A stretch of 64,000 nucleotides of DNA, taken from the NCBI RefSeq assembly GCF_964213995.1, contig NC_135825.1, positions 11,904,001 to 11,968,000 on the forward strand. Reading direction: 5' to 3'. The notes under the pieces were generated by a model, which was not told where the DNA came from, ran no database searches, and saw only the letters and a program-made list of their open reading frames with translations. The stretch is from Mustelus asterias. Its lineage: Eukaryota. The translations under genes and the position numbers were made by a program. This document shows, piece by piece, positions 24,968-38,451 of the stretch; within the stretch, counting starts at the first letter, position 1; the number at the start of each line of letters is the position of its first letter.

Positions 24968-25755
24968 CTGTAGAAAGGAACAATCATTTAGATACAGATT
25001 GAATAACCAAAAAATTAAATATTTTCATGTTACCAATATATCATCCAGAGTATGAGGAGGAAGGGAGAGTGTTAGAGAGAGAGAGAGAGAGCTGGCAGTG
25101 GGAACTTGGCCGATTGCGGGTAGTATCTATTGATTGCTGTCTGGGATTTAATTGTGAGTACTGTTTAACACTTTAACTGCAAGTACTGATTGAAGTCTAA
25201 ATCTCATCCAAAGGGCATGAGCTGGGAGATAGAAGCTTTCCGCTGGCAGCAACTGGAATAGTTAATTGGACAAACTGGCTTGAACTGGTCTTTTTGTACC
25301 GAGTCCCTTTGTTTTTGAACATATAAATTCAGACATTCTCAGTGCAACCAGCACTGGAGTCTGCCTTCAACCGAGTGTGGAGGTTTAATGAGCTGAAGGA
25401 ATTTACTGCAGGGGAAGAAGTGAGCTGTTGGTGAGTATCTGGTGAGTATCCGGGAAGTGGTCAAGGTCTATTTTCCAGCCATCGGGAGCATGGGTGGGGT
25501 CCTTGCCAACTTGTTAACCAGGAGAATGGGGTCCAAGGTGCAATAAATCTGACCCCATCTCTCTGGATCATTACTCTGGGCCTCTGAATTACAATTCCTC
25601 CAACATAATCATTGTGCTAACTGCCCTCTCGCTGCAAGACTCTGCACTGCTGCGGAGCCTCGGGATATCGGAGCTGTCAATGTCTCCTCCCTGATAAAGC
25701 ACCGATCAGACATTTCAGTCGAGAGGAATAAAAATAATCACTGAGAACAATGTAC

Positions 25756-26064
25756 CGTCAGATATTTGTAGCTTTACAGGAAATATTGAAAGGGAGCCGT
25801 GCTGATCAATACCACAGCTGTACCATCCTGCATCTCCTGTGCGAAGATCCTCCATAGTAACAACAAATAATCCTTGTGTCTTGTTATCTGTGATCGAAAT
25901 TCTCCCTCGCCGTCCATCTGGATCGTCTGATTTTACCAAAACAGAGCACTGACGACTCCAATATTTCACATGTGACTGGGACAATTTGTCATAGTGACAA
26001 TCTATAGTGATCGATCTTCCCAAAACTCCTGTTACTTTATTTTGTGCCCACAATGCACTTGGAG
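25756..26064 (-). CDS. Gene B Ig domain 3 (V, lacks the first C-C' cysteine)
   Basis: Acceptor gtcttttcag, donor G|GTACAT; 309 nt, phase 1-1. Confidence 0.88.
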
Positions 26065-26535
26065 CTGAAAAGACAACAGGTCAAAAACTGAACTGAAAAT
26101 AATTGCTTAATACAAACAGATATATTTCAATAGGAATTTTCACTGTGTTCGGAGAAATCTCCCCAATACATCTTCTAATGCAATTGAATACCTCCTTGTT
26201 TGAGATGTTGGGAACATTAATATAATGAGTGGACTTTTCCAGAAAAATTTCAAATTGTCAGGTTGGGACTGAAAACCGGTGACTTTCCAGAAAGACAGCC
26301 AGGTTTTCCCACCAGATCCCCTGACATTTTCCCCAAAAAATCAGGGGGCGTGGTTTGTGCTGTCGCTTTGGCAGGACGGGGCCTGATTGAGCTGGCAAGG
26401 CCGTCTCCATAGAGATTGGGCACCATTTTTAAAGTTGATATTAAAGTTCCGTTGAAGAACCCTCCCCCTGCACCCCAATGCCCACAGACATCAGGAACCT
26501 CAGTGGACAAGGAGAAAACCCCTCACCTAGAGGGT

Positions 26536-26775
26536 TGATGCATTATCAATACCCAGAGACGGAATCTGGAATAATAGGCTTTTATTAACAATAAAAGGGA
26601 ACTAACTCTACAGGAAACTCTAACCGAGGGACCGGACCAGAATGAGGCGAAGGGGAGGAGCAGCCACCTTTATACCCCAGTGAACAGGGGAGGAGCCTCA
26701 GGCAGCACCGGTAGGGGTGTGTCCAGTCATCAGAACATAACAGTGGTTATCAGAACATAACAGTGGTTTACCACA
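26536..26775 (-). mobile_element. Gypsy solo LTR, 240 bp
   Basis: Plus-strand termini tgatg...accaca as in the LTRs at 4184 and 30652; 5-bp TSD agggt; empty site in the duplicate at ~24025. Confidence 0.9.
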
Positions 26776-27393
26776 AGGGTCAATCTCCCCTCAACGTCCC
26801 ACCACTCAAAGATCAGTGTTCTTCACCTCCACCATGCAAGCATTAGGGTAACCCTACACCAGCCTCTCTCTGCCAGCATCATGGCATTCCCACTCCCACC
26901 CTCTCAGCAACGACGATCAACCCCCCCACCATTCACAGTCTCCACCCCAATGCATACACGACCTCCCCACCCCCTCACAGCCCACAGGCATCAGGCCCCA
27001 CCCCGTGGACATCGGGACCCACAGTTGACAAGGGAACAGTATTCCAAAAAATATCTGAGGAATTCTCCCCAGTCCTGGGGAAAGCTTATCTCTCAAACAG
27101 CAATTGTCAGACAGCAGATTGTCTGCTCAGGGTCACATTGCTCTTTGAGGGAGCTTATTGCTCAAAGATTGGTGCTGAGCTTCCTACATCACAACAATGG
27201 CTCTGAATCAGTTCCAGCATTGACCAGAACTGACTGTAAAACTGTCCTTAAGTTGTGAAAAGTGCAAAATAAATGCAATTCTATTTTTATTAAAATTGCT
27301 TAGAACGACACAATGAACTAAACCCGTGAGCAATTCAGACAGACATTAATTAAAAAATTAGTTGTAGTTTTTGAAGCTTAAAGTGATATTTAC

Positions 27394-27717
27394 CAATGTT
27401 GCTGATTTGTGTTAAGTAACTGCAGTCATTCTCTGAAATGTGGATCACTGACACTGTAACCATTTCACTGTATTTTTCTCCCTGGTGATTTGAGGCTGTG
27501 CAGTAATATTGATGATGTTGCTGTGTGAAGGATTGACAATGTAGATCCAGTTTATTGGTGTCAGAGATCTTTGAAACTTCAGATGGGGTCTTTTCATACC
27601 ATGTGCACTGAAATGGAAGTGATCCCTGGACAGACTCACAGGAGACGGACACTGAGCCCCCAGAACATGAGGCATTTGGTGGTGATAGAAATCTAAGTTC
27701 AGGAACAGACACAGGTT
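27394..27717 (-). CDS. Gene B Ig domain 2 (C2)
   Basis: Acceptor ttcttccccacag, donor G|GTAAAT; 324 nt, phase 1-1. Confidence 0.88.
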
Positions 27718-29065
27718 CTGTGGGGAAGAAACAAACATTCAGAAACTTGAGTGAACATCTAAGAATCAAACACTCTGTGATTTTCACCCGTTCAGCATCT
27801 CAGCCAGGGGCGGCCATGTTGGAATCTCACCAGCACATCCACGTCTCCATGGGGTCGAATGCTTAACCAGGGTTTGTATGTGGGAAGTGTGTTTGTGTTG
27901 TCCAGAAAGTTAGAAACACCAGGAAAGTTAAAGTTAAAGTTAAAAGTTAAAGCTTATTTATTAGTCACAAGTAAGGCTTATATTAACACTGCAATGAAGT
28001 TATTGTGAAATTCCCCGAGTCACCACAGTCCAGTGCCTGTTCGGGTCAATGCACCTAATCAGCGCGTCTTCACAAAAGTAAAATTTGTGCTGAATTTAAC
28101 AGCAAAATCTGATCAGAACTCTTCCAGAATTGAGAGTCTGGCTGGAGTTTGAGCAGAAAAGTCTGTCGTGTAAGATTTGAAATTGGTGGGGGTGTGAGCT
28201 CGGGGGACAGTCGCGAGGAGGGAATCAGGGAGGCTTTATTGCTCGTTAGCCAATCATGGGGAGGGACAGATTGTACAACGTATTTCCCCGGGGGCTGGGG
28301 TGAAGCACTCCTGTGCCTCCAGGTCCACAATCCGTCCTGGAAAAGCTGCTGGATCCAATCGATCCCACCGCCCTTCAACCTGATGCAGGATGGAGGAGGG
28401 GAGTTAAAATTCCCATTTGGCCAAAAGGAGTAGCCAAAAGTGACCGTTTTCACCAACATTTTAAATGAGGGCTGGTGAGTCTTCATTGCTGCCAGGGCCA
28501 CGAACTGTACTCTGAATCAAACAGGCCAAAGTTCGCCTGGTGACCGAAGAGTGTATTTTTGAAATGTTGCTGGCTGTGAGCTTGCCTCACACACACTCAC
28601 TCACACACCCAGACACACTGTAAAATTAACACTTGATCCAGAACATGGAGCAACGATTTGGCCATTCAGTCCCTCGAGACTGTTCCACACTTCAATTAAA
28701 TCACAAGTGACCTATATCATATACCAAAAGAGAAAATGCTGGAAAATCTCAGCAGGTCTGGCCGCATCTGCAAGGAGAGAAAAGAGCTGACGTTTCGAGT
28801 CCCGATGACCCTTTGTCAAAGCCTGTATCTTGTCTGTATCTTGACCTGTCTCTTATCCCTGTTTACCCACTTTGGCGACTGAAGCAAATCTGTCAATCTC
28901 AGTTTTAACATTTTCAATATATCTCAACAATACTTTTGGGGAAGGAGTTCCAAATTTTCACCACATTTGCGCAAAGACGGTATTTGTCTGTCTGATGGGA
29001 TCTTCATCATTCCATAATTGGACTGTTCAGTGCCTTCCATTGTGCATCAGCGGACACTTGTCATG

Positions 29066-30538
29066 CAGGGGCGTAGCCAGGTTCTAAAGTTAGGGGGAGC
29101 GAGCACATAAAAAAGGCGCCACGACGCATACCAAATAATTTTAAATTCATTATACATTTTTATTTTGTATTTAAAATCAAAGCATAATAAAAACACGAGT
29201 GTTATTTAATTATTTTACATTTTAAACGTAAAATGAAAACAAAATGAAGCAATATGAAAAAGATATGAAGCAACTACAGCAGCCTCTTTCGTCTCGGCTT
29301 CATTCGAGCAAAGTTATCTATTACTTTATTATAATCTACCTCAGTAGCCAACTGTCTTTCAATGGAGACCAAAGCTATCCCAGACAATCTATCCTCGCCC
29401 ATTGTAGAACGAAGGTAGGACTTTAAGTGTTGGAGCCGGCTAAAGGATCGTTCCACAACTGCGCTAGTTATTGGTAAGGTCAGAAAAATGTGCTACAATG
29501 TGGACAGGTTAGGATAAATGGAACACATGTCATTGGCGATCATGAATTTTAGTACATTGTTGATGGTCAGTTTCTCGACACGTGAATCTGCCTCACTGCC
29601 AGTGCTCATCATCTCTTTGAACATGTCTTTGAATGAAAGAAACTCTTGTACGATTTCAGTTTGACTGTCGATGACGTCTGAGTATGCGTCTGCTAAAAAT
29701 TCTAATTTGTTCACATTATCTGCGTGGTCAAAAAGCTTTGGATCTAAACCACTAAATTTGGAAGCCACATTTTTAAAATGCTCAAATCTTTTACTTGTGC
29801 TATTTATAACAGAATCTCAGGACACGAAGTAGGATTCAACTATGAAGCTCTTTCGGGCATCAAATATTCCTTCATCCTCTGCAATTTCTTCATGGAATCT
29901 TTTTCTTTTACGTTCTCTGTGCTGCTTGTCTTAACATCACATTTTCGAGCCAACTCGGTTGCTTCATTCTCAATCTGTTTGAATTGAGATTCATACTCAT
30001 TTTGCATGTTTTTCATATCTTTTTCAAAAAGCTGAATCAAATGAGAAGCCATTACCAGATCTAGACTACTTTTCTGTAAATATATGGATAAATTGAAAGC
30101 CTTGTCTAGCACTTTACTCCAGACTATAAGAAAAACTAAGAATTCGTATGTTGGACTCTGTAGCGGTTTAAATTCTTCAAGTGATAATCACCAAACCTAT
30201 TTACTCACCCAATCTCGGCTGGTGATGTCCGTCGGCGAGGGATGCTTGGTCTCGACTGCCCATTCGTCGCGGTGGCTGCATATTTATGTCCTTCGCAGCC
30301 TCTGCAATTATCCTCGTGATTGGATGCCCTCTTGGGAGATTGCACGCCTTCCGCGCTGCCTGAAGTCCCCACATCCGTATCGCATCCTACGATTGCAGTA
30401 CACGGATCGAGGACTTCAGATCTCAGGAAGAGATCTGAGGGGCCCGTGAGGAACACCCCATTGAAAAGGCGCCACTTTTGAAGAATGTGCTCAGGGGGAG
30501 CGATCACTCCCCCTGCTCCCCCTCTAGCTACGCCACTG
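29066..30538 (-). mobile_element. Internally deleted hAT DNA transposon (Tip100/ZMYM1-like transposase C-terminus)
   Basis: TIRs caggggcgtagccag / cagtggcgtagctag (13/15); perfect 8-bp TSD ttgtcatg; hAT dimerization motif ERSFSRL..LKSYLRSTMGEDRLSGIAL. Confidence 0.93.
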
Positions 30539-30559
30539 TTGTCATGTGACCTGAACTTG

Positions 30560-30650
30560 CGTATGTGTGTATGTGCGTATGTGTATGTATGCGTGCATAT
30601 GTATGTGTGTGTGTGCATGTGTATGGTGCGTGCGTGCATGTGTGTGTGTG
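30560..30650. repeat. Degenerate (GT)n microsatellite; a (CA)n tract lies at ~34250-34357
   Basis: Direct inspection. Confidence 0.85.
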
Positions 30651-30651
30651 C

Positions 30652-33600
30652 TGATGCACGTCAATCGAACTCAAGACACAAGGCTTCGGTAACTGAAGGC
30701 TTTTATTGCCTAACAATGGAACTACTAGAACGTAAGTACACCACCCCAGACTGACGAGGTCCCGCCCGAGCAGGGGGTCTTATACCTCTCCCAGGAGGCG
30801 GAGCCCGACTGGGATGTGCCACAACAGTAACAACCACAGGTGTATTAATCCCACCCTAGCCCAACAACAACATTAGAACAACCCCACAGTGGGAACCAAC
30901 GATGGTTCACCACATTCACCCCTCCTTTGAGAACAAAGGCCGGCGGGGTGCGAAAACAGACTAAAAAAAAGTCAACAGATTATAAGTCCAGACGGTCTGG
31001 AGGACCGCACCGTCGTTGTGACCTCCTCAATACCGGCGGTGACACCGGAGTAGGTGCTTGCGGTGGCGTTCTCTCCAAAACAGCGTCCGGCTGTCCTCTC
31101 GAGGACTCACAGGCTGGTTGACCCTGATGAAGCGGTAGTGCAGGGGATCCCGGTACATTCTGCGATGGCGCCGATCTCCGGGTCTCAGGCAAGCTGTACA
31201 GTGGAGTATAACTGTTATGCACTGGTCCCGGTGCTGACCGCGCCACGTCCGGGGGAGAAATAAGGGATAAGGGATTCGTCACTGGGGGTATAGGAGCGAC
31301 AGGAGTTGCTACGTCCCCTGCGGGCGCCAGGTCTCGGATCGAGACTGTCCTCTCGCCCGTCAGGATATGCCACATAGGCATACTGAGGGTTGGCGTGGAG
31401 GAGGTGGACCTGTTCGACCAAGGGGTCGGACTTGCGGGCCCTTACATATCGCCGCAGAAGGACGGGTCCTGGGTACGTCAACCAGGCTGGTAAAGATATC
31501 CCCGAGGACGACTTCCGAGGGAATGAGAACATCCTCTCGTGGGGAGTAGCATTGGTTGCCGTACACAGGAGGGAGCGAATGGAGTGAAGCGCATTTGGGA
31601 GGACCTCCTGCCAATGGGAGACTGGAAGGCCTTTGGACTTCAGCGCCAATAGGACAGCCTTCCAGACTGTAGCATTCTCTCTCTCCACCTGTCCGTTGCC
31701 CCGAGGGTTGTAACTCGTGGTCCTACTAGAGGCAATCCCGTATGAGAGCAGGAATTGCCTCAAGTCATTACTCATGAACGACGAGCCCCTGTCGCTATGT
31801 ATATAGCAGGGGTACCCGAACAGGGTAAAAAGATCACGGAATGCCTTGATCATCGTGGCAGTCGACGTGTCCGCGCAGGGGACAACAAACGGGAACCGGG
31901 AGTACTCGTCTATGATGTTAAGAAAGTACACGTTCCGATCTGTTGAGGGAAGGGGGCCCTTAAAATCCACACTCAGCCTCTCGAAGGGGCGAGTGGCCTT
32001 GACCAAATGTGCCCGGTCAGGTCGGTAAAAGTGCGGTTTGCATTCCGCGCAAATCCGACAGCTCCTTGTCACTGACCTGACGTCCTCCACCGAGTAAGGC
32101 AGGTTGCGGGCTTTGATAAAGTGGTAGAGCCGAGTGACCCCAGGATGGCACAGGTCATTATGGAGGGCGTTCAAGCGATCCTCCTGCATAGTAGCGCATG
32201 TTCCGCGCGAGAGGGCATCCGAGGGCTCATTGAGTTTCCCTGGACGATACATGATATCGTAATTATAGGTGGAGAGCTCAATTCTCCACCGCAAGATCTT
32301 GTCATTCTTGATCTTGCCCCTCTGCGTGTTGTTGAACATGAACGCCACGGACCGCTGGTCCGTGATCAGGGTGAACCGCTTCCCCGCCAGGTAATGGCGC
32401 CAGTGTCTGACGGCCTCCACAATGGCCTGGGCCTCCTTTTCCACCGCTGAATACCGAATTTCGGGACCTTGGAGGGTGCGGGAAAAAAAACGCGACGGGC
32501 CTGCCTGCCTGGTTTAGTGTGGCGGCCAGGGCGAAATCAGATGCATCGCTTTCCACCTGAAAAGGGATGGATTCGTCTACCGCGTGCATCGTGGCTTTTG
32601 CAATGTCGTGTTTCAATGCCTTGAAGGCCAATTGGGCCTCTGGCGTGAGTGGAAAAGTCGTGGACTTAATAAGCGGACGGGCTTTGTCCGCGTAGTTGGG
32701 GACCCACTGCGCATAATAGGAGAAGAAGCCTAGGCATCTCCTCAGTGCTTTTGCGCGAGTGGGCAAGGGAAGTTCAGCAAGGGGGCGCATACGGTCGGGA
32801 TCAGGGCCAATGACCCTGTTTTCCACTACGTATCCCAGGATGGCTAACCGGCGCGTACGGAATACACACTTCTCCCTGTTGTAGGTCAAATTCAGGCGAG
32901 ATGCAGTGCGTAAAAAGTTCTGGAGATTTGTGTCATGGTCCTGCTGATCACGGCCGCAGGTACGGGAAGGTAGCCCGCAGCCCGTTCTGGTCCACCATTC
33001 GGTCCATAGCACGCTGGAAGACCGAGACCCCATTGGTGACACCAAATGGAACCCTAAGAAACTGATACAGACGACCATCCGCCTCAAAAGCCGTGTAGTG
33101 TTGGTCCTCTGGGCGGATGGGGAGTTGGTGGTAGGCGGACTTAAGGTCTATGGTGGAGAACACCCGGTACTGCGCAATCTGATTGACCATATCAGATATG
33201 CGCGGGAGAGGATACGCATCGAGCTGCGTATATCGATTAATGGTCTGACTGTAATCAATGACCATCCGGGGTTTGTTCCCGCTCTTAACCACCACAACCT
33301 GTGCTCTCCACGGACTAACACTGGGCTGTATGATCCCTTCTTTGAGGAGCCGCTGAACTTCAGATCTGATGAAGATCCGATCTTCAGCGCTGTAACGCCT
33401 ACTTTTAGTAGCGATGGGCTTGCAGCCTGGTACCAGATTCTTGAATAAAGAGGGTGTGGTGATCTTTAATGTAGAAAGATTGCATGCGGGGCGCTTTGGA
33501 CAATTTGGAGACTGCAGCTGGTCCCCTACTGTCAGCGAAGGGAGTGGCCCACCGTACTGTAGGATCACACTCTTCATGTGGACCATAAAGTTTAGTCCGA

Positions 33601-34240
33601 GGAGAATTGGTGCGCAAAGATGCGGCAACACAAGGAGCCTGAATCGCTCGTAAATTGTGCCCTGCACTTTCAGAGTTACCACACAACGTCCTTGAACAGG
33701 GACAGACCAGGACCGTGATGCCATAGAGATTGTCTGTTTGGCAGGTTGAACCTGGAGTCCACACCTCTTTACAGTGTCAGGGTGAATAAAGCTCTCAGTG
33801 CTCCCGCTGTCAAACAGACAATAAATTGCACGACCATTTACCTTTATGTCCATCATTGAACAGTCAAGCCTGTGGTGCTTAGCCTGGTTCAGGGTGATCG
33901 ACGCCACCGTTGGCCCTTGAACGTCACTGCAGGCAGCTGAGGTCGATGCTGAGGACCCCTGCTGGTCGCTCCTGGTCGTCGTCGACCAAAATGGCCGCCC
34001 CCATGAATCGCACATGGTTGAGGGCGCCAAGCGTAGCGACTCCTTGTGGTCATCCTCCTCCGACTCCGTCGACCACAATGGCGTTGTCCTGGACTCGCAC
34101 GTGGACGAACCCCGTGGGTACTTCGACGTCGATGGTGATGATCCACGTTCTGAAGGGTCACAGGCTGCACTGCCGTTCTTGGGCTTTGATCTGCACACCT
34201 TTGCGTAGTGCCCCTTTTTACCGCATTGATTACAGACCAC
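30652..34240 (-). mobile_element. Second Ty3/Gypsy element of the same clade, 5'-truncated and frameshifted; 3' LTR 30652-30914
   Basis: PR-RT-RH-IN highly similar to the 4.5-8 kb copy; PPT next to the LTR; deletion of the RT active-site motif near 32960. Confidence 0.95.
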
Positions 34241-34361
34241 CGCACGGACGGACACACATAAATACCACACACAAAGACACACACACACATATGACCACCG
34301 ACACACAGACACACACACAGACACACACATACACCCCACACACAGCCATACACACATAAAT

Positions 34362-34693
34362 GGGGCAGCACAGTGGAATGGGGCGACACAGTGGTTAGCA
34401 CTGCTGCCTCACAGTGCCCAGAGACCTGGATTCAATTCCAACTTGGGTCACTGTCTGTGTGAAGTTTGCACGTTCTCCCCGTGTCTGCGCGGGGTTTCCT
34501 CCAGGTGCTCCGGTTTCCTCCCACAGTCCAAAGATGTATGGGTTAGGTTGGTTAGCCATGCTAAATTGCCCCTTCGTGTTAGGGGATTAATAGGGTAAAA
34601 AAGGAGGGTTATGGGGATAAGGTCTGGGTGGGATTGTGGTGGGTGCAGACTCAATGGGCCGAATGGCCTCCTTCTGCACTGTAGGATTCTATG
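34362..34693 (+). mobile_element. HE1/V-SINE copy (others: ~21920-22065 -, ~37305-37650 -, ~39405-39708 -, ~41203-41552 -, ~45905-46192 -, ~57270-57402 -)
   Basis: tRNA head and V-domain in each; two different 3' tail types are present. Confidence 0.85.
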
Positions 34694-36212
34694 GAAGTAG
34701 AAAATGATTTTGATCCTGAGCTGCAGGCCTGTTTGGGAAGATAATGAGCTGGATTTTCACCAAATCACATTGAATTGGGAGCCCTCTAAAAATGCCGGTT
34801 GCTCCTAATTCCCGGATTCTCGATCCCATTCCTGGTCTGTGCGATTTAAAGAATTATTTTCAAGGGTCCTAACAATAGCCCACTGCTGCTTCCATTGTTG
34901 AGCAAGGCACCTTCGACTCCGCTGCTATGTTCATGCAATCGGGGTCAGACCTTTAGGGAGCTTTGGTTTATTGACTGCCAGGAGGAGTCACTAACCCCAG
35001 TCTGCATGACGGGGCCTTTCAAAAGTTAAGTTAAAAATGTTATCCCAATGTCCCCTTTGCCAAATCACACCCCCTAACCATGCACTAGGTTTCCTCATGA
35101 ACCTTGTGCCCTTCTATCCAGCTCCATATGTCCTCATGCCTCCTCATTGCCAAGCTCTGCCCTTCCACCCACCCCCAGTGTGGGTTGTGGGGGGTGAAGG
35201 ATTGAGGGGCCTTTGTGTTTTGATTTTAGCTGGGACAAAATCTCGCGACACTGAGCTGGGCATTTACAACAGCCCCCCTCCCCCTTCCCCTGGCAGCCCC
35301 TGTTGCTGCGTCTGCATTTCTTCCTGGGTTGGCAGGCCAAACCCCAGCATGGACCTATCCCTCCACCAGGCCAACATCTCAACATTTCAACAATGAATGA
35401 AGAGGAGAAGAGAGAAAATGCTGGAAAATCTCAGCAGGCCTGGCAGCATCCAGGGTCTCAAAGGGTCGTCTGAACTCAAAACATCAGCTCTTTTCTCTCC
35501 TCACAGATGCTGCCAGACCTGCTGAGATTTTCCAGCATTTCCTCTTTTGGTTTCAGATTCCAGTATCCGCAGTAATTTGCTTTTATATTTTAATTAATGA
35601 AGCGGCTTCTTTTAATCATCAAAACAACTCTTCAGTTCCTGTTTAGTTCTCTTGTAAAGCTGAAATCTGTTCGGCTGACCTAAGCATCTTGGTGAATATG
35701 TGAGTCGCCCATCATATCAGGAAGCCTGTGGACAGATTTTTACACTAACTCCCCTGGCTGTTTTTTATGTAAGGGGGAGTCAAATTGGAGGGACGGGATT
35801 CCCTCTGAATTCCCACCCTTCCCGATCTCGCAGCAATTCTACACTTGGGTAGGAAAGATCTCACATGGAAAGCTGGTTCTTGCCCGACTCCAAGCATGTC
35901 AACTGAGTTGCGAAGAACTGTCTGAGCTGCGGAATAATGCACACCTTATGCAAGCTTTCCTCAAAGTGGGGCTGATTCCCTGTCCCACCACCCACCTCAC
36001 ACATGTGCTTGTGCACTGCCATCAGACCGTGCTGAATCCCTACCCCTCTTGCTCCACCCATAGGGCAGCTCCTGTCCTAGCACCACACAGTCAGCAGCCG
36101 GGACAGAGCAACTCGGCACCACCGCTTACCCCCCCTCCCCGCCCACCCCCGCCTGAATATGTGGCGCCTCTTCCTTCAAGGTGAATGGGCGGCACTCGTG
36201 AACACTGCTTAA

Positions 36213-37110
36213 TATAGAAACATAGAAAAGCTACAGCACAATACAGGCCCTTCAGCCCACACAGTTGTGCCGAACATGTCCCTACCTTAGCGATTACTCG
36301 GCTTACCTATAACCCTCTATCTTACTAAGTTGCATGTACTTATCTAAAAGTGTCTTAAAAGACCCTGTCGAATCCGCCTCCACCACCGTTGCTGGCAGCC
36401 CATTTCACGCACCCACCACCCTCTGAGTGAAAAACTTACCCCTGACATCTCCTCTGTACCTACTCCCCAGCACCTTAAACCTGTGTCCTCTTGTGGCAAC
36501 CATTTCAGCCCTCGGATAAAGCCTCTGACTGTCCACTCGATCAATGCCTCTCAACATCTTATACACCTCTATCAGGTCACCCCTCATCCTTCGTCTCTCC
36601 AAGGAGAGAAGGCCGAGCTCACTCAACCTATCCTCATAAGGCATGCTCCCCAACCCAGGCAACATCCTTGTAAATCTCCTCTGCACCCTTTCTATGGCTT
36701 CCACATCCTTCCTGTAACGAGGCAACCAGAACTGAGCACAGTACTCCAAGTGGGGTCTGACCGGGATCCTATATAGCTGCAACATTATTGCATGACTCCT
36801 AAACTCAATTCCTCGATTGATGAAGGCCAGTACACCATACGCCTTCTTAACCACAGCCTCAACCTGCACAGCTGCTTTGAGCGTCCTATGAACTCAGACC
36901 CCAAGATCCTTCCGATCTTCCACTCTGCCAAGAGTCTTACCATTAATATTATATTCCGCCATCCTATTTGACCTGCCAAAATGAACCACCTCACACTTAT
37001 CTGGGTTAAACTCCATCTGCCACTTCTCCGCCCAGTCTTGCATCCTATCAATGTCTCGCTGCAACTTCTGACATCCCTCCACACTATCCACAACACCTCC
37101 AACCTTTGTG
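36213..37110 (-). mobile_element. 5'-truncated CR1 LINE (RT C-terminus and tail)
   Basis: LQRDID..WAEKWQMEFNPDKC, VRPHLEYC, RRRMRGDLIE; (tttctatg)n-type tail. Confidence 0.92.
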
Positions 37111-38451
37111 TTAATGTTAATCTGCAGTGGAGCAGCTGGAGTAGACCGGGGTGTGGTCTCCGCCATTCTCCGGATGGTGTGGCTGACCCTACGCTATCCC
37201 AATAATTCAGGTCTATGGATCCTGTTAAGTTCTGTGTATTTATTCTATTTTATTATATTCAAGGAATTTACACCATCAGTAGTGACGAGCTATTCAGTGT
37301 TTTAGAATCCCTATAGTGCAGAAAGAGGCCATTCGGCCCATCGAGTCTGCGTGAACTCTCCGAAAGAGCTTCCCACCCAGGCCCACCACCCTGCTCTATC
37401 TCTGTAACCCCACACTTTAACCATGACTAATCCCTCTAACCTACACATCTTGGGGCACTAAGAGGCAATTTAGCATGGCCGACCCACCTAACCGGCACAT
37501 CTTTGGGCTGTGGGAGGAAACCAGAGCACACGGAGGAAACCCATGCAGACACGAGGAGAAAGTGCAAACTCCACACAGTTGTCCAAGGCCGGAATTGAAC
37601 CAGGGTGCCTGGTGCTGTGAGACAGCAGCACCTACCACTGCGCCGCCCACAAATTAAGCACCCAACATGGGGCTTTTTGTCTTTTGTCTTTTAGTTTTAA
37701 TACGAAAGCAAACACCTGACAGTTTGACAAGTTGGAAAGAGCAGGAATTGGGTTTTGTGTGAGTCAGATTTCCCGACTTCTGCCCTCTAGCTGCCAGAGT
37801 CTGCACTGCAGTGGACCCTTGGGATACCGGAGCTGTCAATGTTTCCTCTCAGAGGAAAGCATGGCCTGAACTTTTTGCTCGTAGTGTGTGTGTGCACTCA
37901 GCGAGTCTGGACGTGGGTACGAAACCTCAGCCCCGAAGCGCAGTTCCACACTGGCTGTCCAATGAATGGGGGAAGAGCCACTGTGGAGCTGTCTCAGGGA
38001 GCTGTTGACCCGTGAAAAATATCAATGTTAAAACGATACCGCGAGTGTCAGGGCAGCACGATCACACACACAGCTCAGGCCCCAGACACATTTCTTACTT
38101 TAATATGAACCCTGACCTTTCATTCCGCCCTGGATCGAGGTTGCAGCTAAAATGTAAAGGTCACCTGGCCAATTGGCCCACCCGCCAACTGTAAAGGCAG
38201 ACGGGCAACTTAAAGTCCTGGACAATTGGTGTTTAATGAATTTAAATTGACTTTTGCATGGCTGGCAGCCGCACTTCCGACTTGCGCATGTGCCTGGCGA
38301 CTGAAATATTGAGAGAAGGCATATTGCCGTCGGGGTGTGATTTTACCCACATTCGGGTAGGGCACACGCCTGATTTTTATACATAAAATTCTGGCCATTG
38401 AGCAGAGATTTCAGTCAAAAGTAATAAAGATAATCACTGAGAATAACGCAC

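Larger units (their letters stand above)
22185..27717. repeat. Intragenic tandem duplication of a ~2.5-kb V+C2 cassette
   Basis: C2 acceptors are 2507 and 2750 bp apart; the difference is almost exactly the 245-bp solo LTR plus TSD; introns align throughout. Confidence 0.92.

Noticed and set aside
30560-34357. (GT)n and (CA)n tracts flanking Gypsy copy 2 as inverted termini of a composite element
   Set aside because: Low-complexity sequence with no TSD or unique inverted sequence; likely coincidence or a deletion breakpoint.
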